A stretch of 62,994 nucleotides of DNA, filler included, from Dimargaris cristalligena (GCA_003614675.1; 24 parts of 24 records of this genome joined end to end with filler, not necessarily neighbours in it); one strand, 5' to 3'. Counted from the first letter of the whole stretch, positions 36,109 to 48,959 are shown. Numbers and translations: made by a program. Notes: generated by a model from the sequence alone, not told the origin.

Positions 36109-37170
36109 CTCCCGGAATTTAGTGTCCGGGCTACTTAACAGGATCCGCTCAGCCTGAGTTGGTTGCCGCCATTGACCAAGACCCGAGAGTATCGAATATT
36201 TCGACCGTCTCATTTTTAGAGCTACGGCCCAATGATTATGGTGTAGCCGTGTTTTCTTTGAGATGTACAACTCCCTCCTCCTTCCTCTACCCCTTCAAAC
36301 ACCCACAGATATGCAATGCGCTTAGTCAACTCTATTGCCTTTGCACACTAACAATACACCTTCCCTAGGATCCGACCTGATAGTACCTGGCTGCATGGTT
36401 GAAATGGCCTAAAGTCCAGGAGACTAAGTGCATTTCCTAATTGAGCCCCAAGGAACAACAGGTACGTCCATGACCACCACGTCCCTCCTGGTTCACCCCG
36501 CCTCCTCCCTACCCTTATCCCCAGGTGATCATTTATGCATTCAAATTTGCCATGACCTTATTCAGGCCAATCTAATAAAAACGGTCGGATGGCGGTCATA
36601 TCCGAGAATGCCCCTAAGGAGAGAATGAAATAAAATGGGTTCCTAACCTCCTGAGCCTCCAGGCCCATGTCTTTAATATAATGCTATTAATATCGGGTGG
36701 TTAGAAGTGCATCGCATTCCCCTATCTATTATCTACCCTTATACCCTCAGCTAACGTGCAGGAAATGTCACATATGTTCCGGAGTTTCTCCCGACCAGAT
36801 GTAACGGGTCCCAAGCTACTATACCCAGAGACCAACTAGGTACCCAACCGCCAACCGCCACCCGGTCTATTTTCAGTTTTCCTAAACGTACGCACATCCA
36901 ACCAACTTAAATGGTTGGCAAAAAGGTGCATGGATTCATTATAATAAATGTGNNNNNNNNNNNNNNNNNNNNNNNNNNNNNNNNNNNNNNNNNNNNTTAA
37001 TTAATTAANNNNNNNNNNNNNNNNNNNNNNNNNNNNNNNNNNNNNNNNNNNNAATACTCCCCCTTGCTGCCACCTCTTGGAACAGCAAGTCTATCATCAC
37101 CCTTCCCTTTTTATCACCTATCTTTTCAAATAAAGTTCAGTTTTCAAGGATTTGAGTTCAGTTCTTTACA

Positions 37171-39162
37171 GTATTCATGCTCATTATTAACCTCAATTGG
37201 GGGTGGAGGATCTTGAGTGTGACCAGTAATAGTATTTTCAGTAAGGGGTTCAAGGAGGGAGACATAAAATACATGGTGTATACTCATTGATAGTAGTAGG
37301 TCTAGGTGATAAGCCCATTGGCCAACTTTGGCAATGATAGTAAAAGGGCCTAGGCAGTTGTAGTTAAGCTTTGAGTTAAGTCAGGTGGTCTTGATGTGTT
37401 TTCAAAGGAGCCAGACTTTAGAGCCAATAGACAGGTTAGGCTCAGGCAGTTGTTTATGCTTGTAAAAGGCAGCATACTGGTGGTTTGTAGATTCAATATT
37501 CTTAACTAAAGAATTGTGAACCTCAATTAGTTCTGAAGATAGGTCAGTTACTGCAGGTGTATTACATTTTGTAACTGCAGCAGACATTGGTAATGTAATT
37601 AGGTGATGGGTAGTATTGGCAAAGAATGGGCTAGTTTTGGTAGTTGAGTGTTTTGAGTTATTGTAAGAAAATTCAGCAAGGGGAAGGAGGTCAACCCAAT
37701 TATCCTGGAGGTGGTCACAATAGAAGCAAAGGTATTATTCTAGGACCTAGTTTACCCACTCTGTTTGGCCATCTGATTGGGGGTGGAAGGCAGTTGATAT
37801 GTTTTACTTGATATGGAGGAGTTCCATCAGGGCAGACCAGAAATGAGAGGTAAAGGTTGAGCCTCAATCTGAAACAATATTAATAGGGAGGCCATGGTGT
37901 TTATAGATATGGGTTAGGAATAATTGGGCTGTAGTATGGGCATTAACATTGTCAGTAGTTGAAATAAAGTGTGCCATTTTAGTAAAGTGGTCAACAACTA
38001 CTAGTAGTGCAGTAGAGCCACTGGAGGCTGGGAGGCCAACAATATAATCCATAGAGATTGATTTCCAAGGGCCTTCAGGGATTGGAAGGGACTGGAGTAG
38101 TCAATAAGGTTTGTGACAAACTAGTTTACAGTGATTACATTAGTCACAAGAGGATACATATTCTTCCACAAATTGGTGCATCTTGGGCCAGTAGTAATTC
38201 TGGGATAGTAGTTCAAGGGTTTTAGCTTGGCCAAAATGGCCAGCAGTTGGGGAATCATGGTGATCTTGGAGTAAGCGTAATTTGATACTGGTAGTGTTAG
38301 GGATATAGATAAGTCCATCATAAAGAATAATATCATCAACCAGGGAGAAAGGTGGTAGGTTATTGGTATTTTCGGTTGGGGAATTGGGTAATGGGTTATA
38401 TAAAGAAGCTAGCACTTTAGCCAGGGCAGGATCAGATGTATAACTAGTACATATATCATCAATAAGAAAGGAAGGGGAAGTTAAGGTATTGAGGGTACAA
38501 ATAATAAATTAGTCAGACTTTAGTAGTGCTTGTGAACTATTACACAAGGTGTTACTCCCCTCCTTAGGGACAAAGTCAGGGTGGTGAGATAGGGCATCAG
38601 CCTTGCCATTCTTATGGCCAGGGATATACTTAATAACAAAGTCACAGTTAGCCAAAAGTTGGGCCCAGTGGACTTAGTAGTGATTTAGGGATTCTGTAGT
38701 GGTAAAATACTCTAGGTTCTTATGGTCAGTGAGTATTGTGATTTGGAAATGAGCACCCTCAAGGTAGGCACACCATACCTTGAAAGACTCCACTATTGCT
38801 AACATTTCCTTATTATAAATTTCATAGTTCAGTTCAGTAGGAGTGAATTTACGAGAATGGAAGGTAATAGGGTGGAGAAGACCATCATCATCTAGTTGAG
38901 AGAGGACTCCACCAATGGCAAAGTCAGAGTCATCAGTTTCAATAGTTATAGGCTTAGATAGATCAAAGTATTGAAGGACCAGGGCTGATGTAAATGCAGA
39001 TTTAAGGGCATCAAAGGTAGCTTGGGCTTCAGGTGACCAATCCCATGGAGTATCCTTATAAAGGAGGCAAGTGAGTGGTACTATAATTAATAAGAAATTT
39101 CGAACAAATTGGTGGTAGAAGTTGGTAAGACCTAGGAAGGACTGGATATGGGAGAAGTTCAA
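37171..39162 (-). mobile_element. Chromovirus-type Ty3/Gypsy pol pseudogene (RT end, RNase H, integrase, chromodomain start)
   Basis: [75 protein letters not shown]...PPPPIEV. Many stops and frameshifts; nearly CpG-free. Confidence 0.92.
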
Positions 39163-39699
39163 TCAAGCTATATAATGATTTGAATGAAAGTTCCAATTGA
39201 TGCAGCGGGACTATTTTTTTATCGAAACGGGAAATAGGCACATCAATGGGACTTTTTTTAAAAATGAGGGAAAAATGATCCCTGACCCTGTGATCAATCA
39301 TAAGACCTATAATAAATCTATGAATAATGACTCAGGAAAGCCAAAAAAAAAAGTGTACTATGTAAATTGATGTCTAGCAACTGGATTAGTGAAAAATTAG
39401 CTTTCTTTAACTACTTTTTACTATTTTTCAATACTTTAGAGCTACTTTCCACTACTTATTAAAGGACTATTCCTATACTGAATTAATTTACAATAAACTT
39501 AAACTTTCTTTTATATATAATCTTGCAGCTAGTGTATAGAAACTGTGTTTTTTTAATCAAACTACCCTTCNNNNNNNNNNNNNNNNNNNNNNNNNNNNNN
39601 NNNNNNNNNNNNNNTTAATTAATTAANNNNNNNNNNNNNNNNNNNNNNNNNNNNNNNNNNNNNNNNNNNNCCTATCGATAAAGCATTTACTTATTTTGA

Positions 39700-40071
39700 T
39701 CATTTCGATTCCTGAAAAAAAGGATTGTTCCTTGAAATTTTGTTATTATTTTTTACCAAAGAGAAATTCAACTTGCAAGGCACCGTTGTAAAATCTTCGT
39801 GAATATTTGACAAACCGTAAAACTCAAGAGGGTCATTCAAGTGGCAATCGTTAAAATGCCTCCGAGGATATTGCAAAATCATACCAATGTTTTCCAATTC
39901 TTGACGTGTTTTCCGCGTTGTCTTGAGAAGATGGACGATCTCTTTATGACAATTTTCAATATATGACTTATTTGCTATACTTGCGTCGTATACATTTTCA
40001 TACATTTCAGAAATCTCAGCGGCTGACAATAACGCAATGTTTTTGTCTTTCAAGATACTCAAAATCATCAT
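39700..40071 (-). CDS. Hypothetical protein on a putative viral contig
   Basis: 123-aa intronless ORF in a gene-dense AT-rich contig. Confidence 0.55.
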   Translation of the reverse strand: MMILSILKDKNIALLSAAEISEMYENVYDASIANKSYIENCHKEIVHLLKTTRKTRQELENIGMILQYPRRHFNDCHLNDPLEFYGLSNIHEDFTTVPCKLNFSLVKNNNKISRNNPFFQESK

Positions 40072-40224
40072 TTACAGATATCAATATATGACGATTTTTA
40101 TTATTTAGCTCGTTTTTCATTATCGTACATCTTTTGCAAATTTTATGACATTGGAATCAACTATGAAAAATATCTATCGATAAATAAAATAATCAGATGC
40201 GGTGATTAGGAATTTGAAAAGTGT

Positions 40225-40938
40225 TCAATTTCGAAAACAATTTTTTTTCAAGCACGCTTGGAAAGAATGTTTTGTTATATCTGAATTTCCATAATAGTGC
40301 AAATTTAAAAGTATGTTTTGATATGCATTTTGATGAGTTTTGTCCAACTCGATAGCTTTCAAATATAATTCTACAGCTGAAGAAAAATCACCAAGAACTC
40401 CACGTAAATGTCCAATGTTTACATATATCTTCGCCAACATAGCTTGTGAAGGTTGCAGTTCGATTGCGCGATTAAAACAATCAAATATTTTTGACATGTC
40501 CTTGAACTCTTGACTATGCAACAAAGCTAACCCCAATGCGTTTAAAAGATCAGCAGATTGAGGACATTTTTCCACCGCAATTCTACAATATTGCAACTCT
40601 AAACTGTGCAAGCGCAACGTTCTGTAAACATCTATCAACCCTATGTATCCCATCTCAAAACATGGATCTGCCATTAAACACTTTTGATAATAAGAAATTG
40701 ATTTGTCGTAATCTCCATACTTCGTGTGATATATGAATCCATAGTTGTTTAAGACGTCTGGACTTTCCGAATCATATTTCATAGCTTCGTCAAGATAACT
40801 GACAGAATTATCAGGGTCAAATATACAAAGACATGTGCATGCCCTGACCATCTGTTCTTTGATTTTTTTATATTCTGCTCCTTCATGACATACCATTTTA
40901 CTCGTGTTCGATAAAATGCTTTTTGCTTTTTGAATCAT
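40225..40938 (-). CDS. TPR-repeat protein resembling the N-terminal half of SPINDLY/GT41-type glycosyltransferases; possibly frameshifted or truncated
   Basis: TPR signatures DVLNNYG, DLLNALG, IYVNIG...AVELYLKAIELD, then AYQNILLNLHY. An upstream ATG at 41017 would join the frame if the A7 run were A6. Confidence 0.8.
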   Translation of the reverse strand: MIQKAKSILSNTSKMVCHEGAEYKKIKEQMVRACTCLCIFDPDNSVSYLDEAMKYDSESPDVLNNYGFIYHTKYGDYDKSISYYQKCLMADPCFEMGYIGLIDVYRTLRLHSLELQYCRIAVEKCPQSADLLNALGLALLHSQEFKDMSKIFDCFNRAIELQPSQAMLAKIYVNIGHLRGVLGDFSSAVELYLKAIELDKTHQNAYQNILLNLHYYGNSDITKHSFQACLKKNCFRN

Positions 40939-41241
40939 TTCTGCGCGAGAAAACTGTATGCCACTTTCGAAAAGTTCGTTCGCATGTTCTATGTGTTTTT
41001 TTAATGTACAATTCCATTCTTGACTGTCTTCTTATTTAAGTTGAGAACATTAATGTTTCTTTTTTTTTCACCACGTTTTGCTTATATTTTTACTTTCCAT
41101 TGTGTTTGTACTTTTCTTTTATCGATGATACAATCCGAAATTTGAATGTTGGCCGAAAACATGATGCATCATATCAAGTACCAATGTCCGCAACTCACGC
41201 GTTTTTTTTATTATTTGGTATAATTAAACCACAAGACAAAA

Positions 41242-41559
41242 ATGGATTACCTCAACTCTTATAATCAAAGCATTAATAACTTTATGAGTCCGTTGGACAA
41301 TCCTCCGGTCATGGCATTCCTAAAACTTTTTTTGATTGTTTACGGTTCAATGATTGCACCTCATCTTCCTGATTACATTTTGAAATGGTTCAACTTTGTA
41401 CCCTTCAAAATATTTGTCCTCTTCCTCATTGTTTGGACTTCCAATCACGACCCCACTGTGGCACTTCTTATCGCGGTTGGCTTTACTGTGTCCATAAATG
41501 TTCTGTCTGGCAAAAAGGCATTCGAGGCTTTCCGAGGGGTCAACACATTGGGAGTGTAA
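41242..41559 (+). CDS. Small multi-pass membrane protein resembling a conserved NCLDV hypothetical family
   Basis: LDNP...LFLIVYG..IAPHLP...F...FKIFVLFLI...DPTVALLIAV pattern, which I recall from giant-virus proteins (not searched). AAAAATG start context. Confidence 0.65.
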   Translation: MDYLNSYNQSINNFMSPLDNPPVMAFLKLFLIVYGSMIAPHLPDYILKWFNFVPFKIFVLFLIVWTSNHDPTVALLIAVGFTVSINVLSGKKAFEAFRGVNTLGV

Positions 41560-41592
41560 ACGAATTTTATATTTATCTTTAGACACTAAAAA

Positions 41593-42182
41593 TCAAACTA
41601 TGGCACAATCCAAATGTTTGACAGCACTTGTTCTTGATATTTTGCTTTCCCCATTACAGTCCTTTTGACGTTTCTGTTGATCTGAAAATGATCCTTGTTG
41701 ATCTAAAAATGAACTTTCTGTCGGCAACACTCTGTCCTTGTTGATAACTGGTGCAGAAATTTGAAACATATCCATCAATCCAGTAACACCTGATGAATTT
41801 GGTTCTGATTTCGAACTCGAACTCGACGACGTTTTCCAAATATTGATATTTGGTTTTAAGCCCTGAAGAGCGATCGCATTGGATACTGCCAGATTTTCGT
41901 GAACTTTTTCATCCAACATTTTCCATTTTAGATAATCATCTACGTTCCCGTCAAAAGTGGTTGAAAAGTTTTTGATTGATAAAGCCTGTGAATCTGCTGC
42001 TATTCGACTAACTTCTGCCGCCTTTTGAACTTTGTAAAGTTCAGCGTCTACCTCTTTGGTATTTTTGTAAAAATCAGCATCCACCATTGTCAACTTCATT
42101 TCATTTTCACTTTTCGCAATATTGACTTTGGACTCGTTCTCCAATCTATTCTTTGCAATCTCTGTGTTCAATTCAAGCTGGG
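41593..42182 (-). CDS. Flotillin-like (SPFH family) protein, C-terminal part, 5'-truncated
   Basis: Ala/Glu coiled region, then YLKWKML...LAVSNAIALQGLKPNINIWKT, matching the plant/fungal flotillin tail (LAxxNAxAxxGLxPKIxxWxT). Confidence 0.75.
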
Positions 42183-42387
42183 NNNNNNNNNNNNNNNNNN
42201 NNNNNNNNNNNNNNNNNNNNNNNNNNTTAATTAATTAANNNNNNNNNNNNNNNNNNNNNNNNNNNNNNNNNNNNNNNNNNNNCAGGGGCAGGGGCTCATT
42301 CACTCGTCAGGGGCGTACTTCCGATAAGTGCGAAAAATAGATAAAAATAAAAGTAGGTAAAAAATGTGGTAAGTTCACCACAGCCAG

Positions 42388-42972
42388 TATTGCCCAGGTT
42401 AACTACTCTTAGTCCATCAAGAGTCCTAAGGATAGGCTTCTAATGGTAGATGGGGTGTAGGCTTGGCCAAGCAGGTTCTAGCATTAGGTAGGGGTACAGT
42501 ACTAACTAATAAAGGCTACAAATACAGGTACAGGCAAAGGATATGCAGTGAGCACACTTACTAGTCAATACAAGGGTGGTGGGTACTTATGGAGTTTATT
42601 AAGGTAAACTAGGGGGGTAAGAATAAGCTGACTCATCTAACCAGTCCCAATGGGGCCCAGTTATATATATGTGGGGGCCACTCCAGAGGGAGGCCCCAGG
42701 GGAAGGATACTACTAAGACTAAGATATGGTAAAATAGGCCAATTAGATAGCTGTTAGGGTCTAGAAGACTCTGATGGTAACCAAAAGAGTTATTGAATTG
42801 GCCCTCAAGTAATTAGTATGAAGCAGTGGAGTCTGGAAGGGGAATGGTTATATGTTATAGGGGTGATCCCATAGTACCAGGTGTGGTCATGGGAGGGTTA
42901 ATATGGTTCTATAAGGCCTAATAAGGATAGACACTAACATATTGGGATTAAGGTAGATTAGATGGACCAATA
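42388..42972 (-). mobile_element. Family-A solo LTR
   Basis: Colinear with 19659-20240. Termini mutated to TATT...AATA. Confidence 0.85.
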
Positions 42973-44119
42973 CTGGCATCTAAATTTACTAAACAGCTTA
43001 TATGTCTTTCCCCATATATCTCTATTTTATTTTATGCCCTTATTTGACTAGTTAACCAAATAACTGATTGGCAGCAAAGTTAATTCCTGTGATATTCAAA
43101 ATCTTTTACCCATTCAGTTGGTAAGCTCCACATTAGTAGATAGCTGACTTCACTTGCAAAAAGAAGTTCCTGAGTATATAAGTAAAATCCAATAGGACTA
43201 TTAATACTATGTTGCAAGAGGTAAAGTCTACAGTACAGAGAAATAGTGCAATAATTAGAGCTATATGATTACCTCCCTGGAACCCTACCACACTAGTGTC
43301 AAAGCTATTGAGGCAGAATGGGGGTATATCTAACTTAACCAGGACCTGGGTGAAAAAGAGCAGATGGACCTCTTCCTACTAGCCCAGATGTTAGCCATTC
43401 AACCTGCTGATGCTATTTACCAAGTCATGGAAAATCTAGCCCAGAGTACCATGGAACTACAACCCATTTATACTGCACTAGGCTTGTACATATATGATCC
43501 CATCTGTATACTGGCCAGTGAACTGATATCCCTGAATGGGTTGGATTTGCCCAAAGTCTTTCATAATGTTGTTGTGCAGGAATCCTTGTGGGGGATCATT
43601 GTGATTCTGACCTTCAAGGGGAACTTCCTCAAACTGAAGGATCTGGCTAGAAAAATCCATAGTGGTGCACTGCCCTTTCTCTATGAGGTAGTGACATTGA
43701 TTGCCTATCTGATGCTAGAGTATGGACTAACTCAATATCATGACTGGGCTCTCAAAAACATACTCTATCCTATCAATGATCAGACAATGGCCTTTTATTC
43801 AGTTTTGAGAAAGTAAGTAACTTACTTAATATGGCAGAAGTTTATCCAGTCTGTATAACAAGAAATCCATTTGATGAGGCAAATATTACTGGTTAAAAGT
43901 TATTCTCCCATATATTACCCCATATACATATTGTGTAAAATATTATACAGTTGGGTTAAAGTTCACCCATATCCTAATTAGAGGCTACTTAAATAATCCC
44001 CAAAATGCAGACGACCCATTCCATCTCAATAGTGAAGCCTGTTGCCCCTGTCAGGATAGTCCCATACCTTGGGTTATCCAAAACATAGACATATATAATG
44101 AATAAAACATATTTGGGTA

Positions 44120-44679
44120 CTATCAGCCCTCCTAATCCAACTTGATCCAGACCTAACAATCACCCATCCTATTCTCACCTTATAGCACCATATTGACCCT
44201 CCCATAGTTACCTCTGGTACTATGGGGTCATCCTTTATTATGTAACCCCACTCATTCAACCCCAATGCTTTGCACTCCAAACACTCAGCTTGCTGATCCA
44301 AGACTCTTCCAATTCCCATGAGAGTCTTCCTAATGTGAAGCCATCTGGTTGGATTCTCTACTTATCTACACCTTAGTCATAGTAGTATTTCCCTTGGGAC
44401 CTCCCTCTAGAGCTATCCCTGCATATATATAACCAGGCCCCACTGGGACTAGTTCAATTCTTTAGCTTATTCATATCCCCCAGTTTACCTCAATAAACTC
44501 TATACACTCATTTCCCCTTATGCTAACTAGTAAGTGTGCCTTCTGCATGTCCCTGACATTTACCTGTATTTGTAGCCTTTATTGGTTAGTACTATGCCCC
44601 CATCCTAATGCTAGTAGCCTGCTTAGCTAAGCCTAAGCCCCACCTACTGTTAGAAGCCTATCCTTAGGACTCTTGACAG
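44120..44679 (+). mobile_element. Family-A LTR, near complete
   Basis: Reverse complement of 45960-46519. Confidence 0.8.
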
Positions 44680-45937
44680 TGTTGTGGTCACAATTAATAC
44701 CACAGGGTAATATAGCCTGATAACCTTATCAGGGCCAACTGGAGCAGCCTCAGTCTAGTGGGAAAAACTAACTGGCTAAGGGAAACACGCACTTNNNNNN
44801 NNNNNNNNNNNNNNNNNNNNNNNNNNNNNNNNNNNNNNTTAATTAATTAANNNNNNNNNNNNNNNNNNNNNNNNNNNNNNNNNNNNNNNNNNNNCTCTTT
44901 CAAGTGTAAATACTCCCCCTTGCTGCCACCTCTTGGAACAGCAAGTCTATTATCACCTTTCCCTTCTTATTATCTATTTTTTCAATTAAAGTTCAGTTTT
45001 TAAGGATTTGAGTTCAGTTCTTTACAGATAGGTAATACTTGGGTAACCAATAAATTCAATAAAAAATAATGGAAGGCAAAAAAGGAAAGGGAGAAAGCTA
45101 TTTTTAGCTGCATTTTGAATAGAGGTACAGTCTGATCAGGGGCAGGGGTGCATTATAGTTAAGGGTATATAATATACTAATAGAAAAAGTACTATACTAA
45201 TGGAAATAGAGGAAAAATGACTATATTTGTCAGGGGCAGAGGCTCATTCACTCATCAGGGGTGTACTTCCATTAAGTATAATAAATAGATTAAAAAAAAG
45301 TAGGTAAAAATGTGGTAAGTCCACTATAAGGGTACTAAAAGGTGCCACCAAATAGTAAAAAAGGGAATGCCAATTGGTAAATGGGAGTAGCCAACTGGAA
45401 AATGGGAGATAGAGATTCCCTTTTTTGCATGGTGAATGTAGTAAAAGGGAATGGGGCCCTAAGGCCCTGAAATTCAAATGGGGAATTGACATTGGCCAAT
45501 GTGGGCCAATGGGAATCCAAATTCAATTGGGATTTTAAATTAGGAAATGGGAGATGAAGATCCCCAAATTCAAATGGGAATGTCCAATGGGCAAGTGGAA
45601 ACCATGCTTACCCAAATTTGAATGGGCCTGTGCATTCCCTCCAAGTGGGCCAATGCTCACCCAAATTTGAATAGGCATGTACATTCCTTTAAAATAAGTT
45701 ATTAATAAATTAAGTTAAAATAGACTATAGGTTCCTAAAGGGAGTTTAATTACCCCTAAAGTCAAAATTTAATAGGTAAAAGGATGGATAGATAGTATAA
45801 AGGAATACTACCTATCCCAATAAACTGGTTGGACTGGCCTAAAGTACTGCATAAAATTACTTGAATATTACTACCTATGGGTAAAATTTGTCACTCACTA
45901 GGCTGGCAAGGAGCTAGTGAATAAATAAACAGGGTAG

Positions 45938-46519
45938 TATCACCTGGGTTAACCACTCTTAGTCCATTAAGAGTCCTAAGGATAGGCTTCTAATGGTAAG
46001 TGGGGCTTAGACTCAGCCAAGTGGGCTATTAGCATTAGGATGGGGGCATAATACTAACCAATAAAGGATAAGTGCAGGTAAATGCAAGGGATATGCAGCA
46101 GATACACATACTAGTCAATATGAGGGAGTGAGGGTATATAGCTTATTGAGGTAAACTGGGGGATATAAAGTAGACTAACTCATTAAATTGGTCCCAGTGG
46201 GGCCCAGTTATATATACATGGGGAGAGCTCCAGAGGGAGGTCCTAAGGGAAATGCTACTAAGTCTAAGGTATAGGTAGATAAAGGATCTGACCAGATGGC
46301 TTTGTATCTGGAAGACTCTCATGGGAACTGGAAGAGTCTTGGATTAACAGGTTAAGTATTTTGTGCAAAGCATTGGGGCCAGAAGGAGAAGGGTTATATA
46401 ATGAATGATGATCCCACAGTACCAGGGGTGACTATGGGAGGGTTACTATGGTGCTATAAGGCCTAATAAGGGTGGATGATTGTTAAGTCCAGATTTAGGT
46501 CGGACTAGGAGGGCTGACA
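45938..46519 (-). mobile_element. Family-A solo LTR
   Basis: TATCACC...GCTGACA; colinear with the other copies. Confidence 0.85.
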
Positions 46520-46525
46520 GATATA

Positions 46526-47358
46526 CAGTGGCTCCAATAAATGTATTAATGTTTTACAATTTTGAATTTAAAAAACCAATTACTCAGCACCTAGGAAAGC
46601 TATTAATAAATAAATACCACCATAAGAAAGCCCTGTGTCTCTAGTATACCTGTGTAAAGCCATTTTTTTTACTGCTATTTTAAACAGCAAGAAACAGGAA
46701 TTTAAAAAATATTGGTGCATTAATATACTTATCACAGTTATTGTAAAAAAAAATATAGATTTTCCTCTCTGGCCATAATTATTAATATAGTGGTATTTGT
46801 TTTTGATGTACAGTATTCCTATGCATTTTACACCTTCTTCTCATTATTTTTATATATTTTTTACACATTATCTTCATAAATCCCATCCCTAAGGCCACTG
46901 AAAACAACATCCTCCAGTACCTCAATAATGGTGAAAGCAACTGGAAAATCACCCAGATGCTTGGTGTAAGCCTTACCCCAGCCCAGTGTATTACCAATAG
47001 GGTGTGTTCAGGTTGTATTATTACAAAATTAGGCCATCCTCCTAAGTGAACTGAGCAGTTTAGGTAGTAGTATGTAAGTCAAATCACAATTAGGGGGAAG
47101 GAAACTGCTGTAGAGATTACCAAATCTCTTGAAAAGGAGCTTGGGGTATCTGTGCATCCTAATATAATATGGAATGTACTCTGTACAAAGGGATTGGGTG
47201 CTATAGTTAAGCCTAAAAAAACCTTTTTATCAGCAAGAAATGTACAGGTGTGTCTTGCCTGGGCAATTGCCCACAAGGATTATACTTTAAGTGACTGGGA
47301 GTGTGTTATATGGTCATACAAGACAAAGATCAATCAATTTAGGTCAGATAGGTACTGA
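46526..47358 (+). mobile_element. Tc1/mariner DNA transposon, left end and transposase pseudogene
   Basis: TA|CAGTGG terminus at 46524-46531. HTH relic (ENNILQYL...ITQMLGVS) and KPKKTFLS...LAWAIAHKDYTLSDWECVIWSYKTKINQF (from WxxVIWSDETKIN). Confidence 0.85.
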
Positions 47359-47504
47359 TACATATGGGAGAGGTTCAACTAAGCTGTATAATGAAAAATC
47401 TGTTNNNNNNNNNNNNNNNNNNNNNNNNNNNNNNNNNNNNNNNNNNNNTTAATTAATTAANNNNNNNNNNNNNNNNNNNNNNNNNNNNNNNNNNNNNNNN
47501 NNNN

Positions 47505-48959
47505 TGGTACTTCTGATTCTCGCAATTCCGATTTACTGTTTACATTATTCCCTAATGCCGACCAATTGCACCAAGTGGCTCGCCAGGCGGGCGTTACGCC
47601 GTACACTCTCATCAGGGCTGCCTGGTCCCTCCTACTAAGCCGATACACCGACCAGACCGACGTGGTGTTCGGTAACACCGTTTCTGGGCGGGCCCTGCCT
47701 CTCCCTGGTATCGATTCTCTTCTGGGCTGTTTCATCAACACCGTGCCTTTCCGAGTCTCTTTGAAACCTGGAATGTCGGTAATTGAACTTGTCACGGTGA
47801 TACACCAAAGCGCCCAGATGATGGTCCCCTTCGAACACCTGCATCTAGCCAATGTCAATGAGTGGGTTGATGGTGAGGTTCGCCCAAGTGATATGTTCAA
47901 CACATTGTTGGTGTACGAAAACTACCCTGACACCGGCTTGGAGAGTCTAGAACATCCGGTTACGTTCACGGACAGAACCTTTTTGGAATCGACCGACTAC
48001 CCCTTGGCCGTCATTGCCCAAGTTGAAAATGCCCAACTAACGGTGAATTTGAACTGGAGTACGCCCGCATTTGACCGGTGCTATATGGTGACTCTTTCGC
48101 ACCACCTAACCACCCTCTTTTCTGACATGGTCTCCGCCTTGGCTAATTCAAATGGGTATATATCTATCAAAGACCTCTCGTTACTCTCCACGAGTGAAAC
48201 GACCCTGGTCACTGAGCAGCTTGCCCGCCCCCATTTAGCCATTGATTTTGAGATATGTGTTCCAGACCTATTCACCCGAACGGCCCATTCAATCCCTGAC
48301 ACAATTGCGGTCGAGTTTAACGACTTACAGTGGACTTATAGAGACTTGCACATCCGGTCCGTAAACTTGGCCCACCATTTACTGCTATATGGGATCAGGT
48401 GGGAAACACCCATTGGCCTAATTATTGACCGGGTTCCCAGCACCATTGCCGCCTATATGGGGGTTGGTTTGGCCGGCGCTTCTATTGTACCGATTGACCC
48501 CGCTTTCCCCTGTGACCGCATCCACTATATGGTGGAAGACTGTGGTATTCGGCTAATTTTAACCAATACAGCTGACCAGGCCCAATTGGACACCATTCAA
48601 CAAGCCCTCCCTGACGTCGAATTCCAGACCATTGACTCCTGGCTCTCACTCCCTGATGTTCCTTGTAACAGGTTGCCCGCTCTTCCTAATGTTCGCACCA
48701 CCGACCTGTCACATATCCTTTACACGTCAGGCACCACTGGTCGGCCCAAGGGTGTTCAGTTGGAGCACCGGGTCATGGCCAATTTTGTCCAACAAGTAGA
48801 ATCAACGATTGGCATTACCTCTGGGCTGCGCCTGATGCAAAATATGGCCCTGACGTTTGACTGCGCACTTTTGGAGATCTTCATCGGTTTATGCAAAGGG
48901 GCTACGCTAGTTTTGCGTACCGACCTCCTGGATACCCTGCCCCGGGTGGATGCCTTGGT
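47505..48959 (+). CDS. NRPS fragment: second half of a condensation domain and first half of an adenylation domain
   Basis: DVVFGNTVSGR, GCFINTVPFR, FNTLLVYENYP, A1 WTYRDL, A2 GASIVPIDP, A3 YTSGTTGRPKG, A4 FD. Intronless. Confidence 0.93.

Noticed and set aside
1-42182. A single locus combining virus, T4SS and retroelements
   Set aside because: Contigs are concatenated by length, so neighbours across spacers have no demonstrated linkage.
43364-43816. 150-aa ORF between LTRs
   Set aside because: Lies in CpG-depleted decayed repeat DNA; probably a relic of an element I cannot identify.
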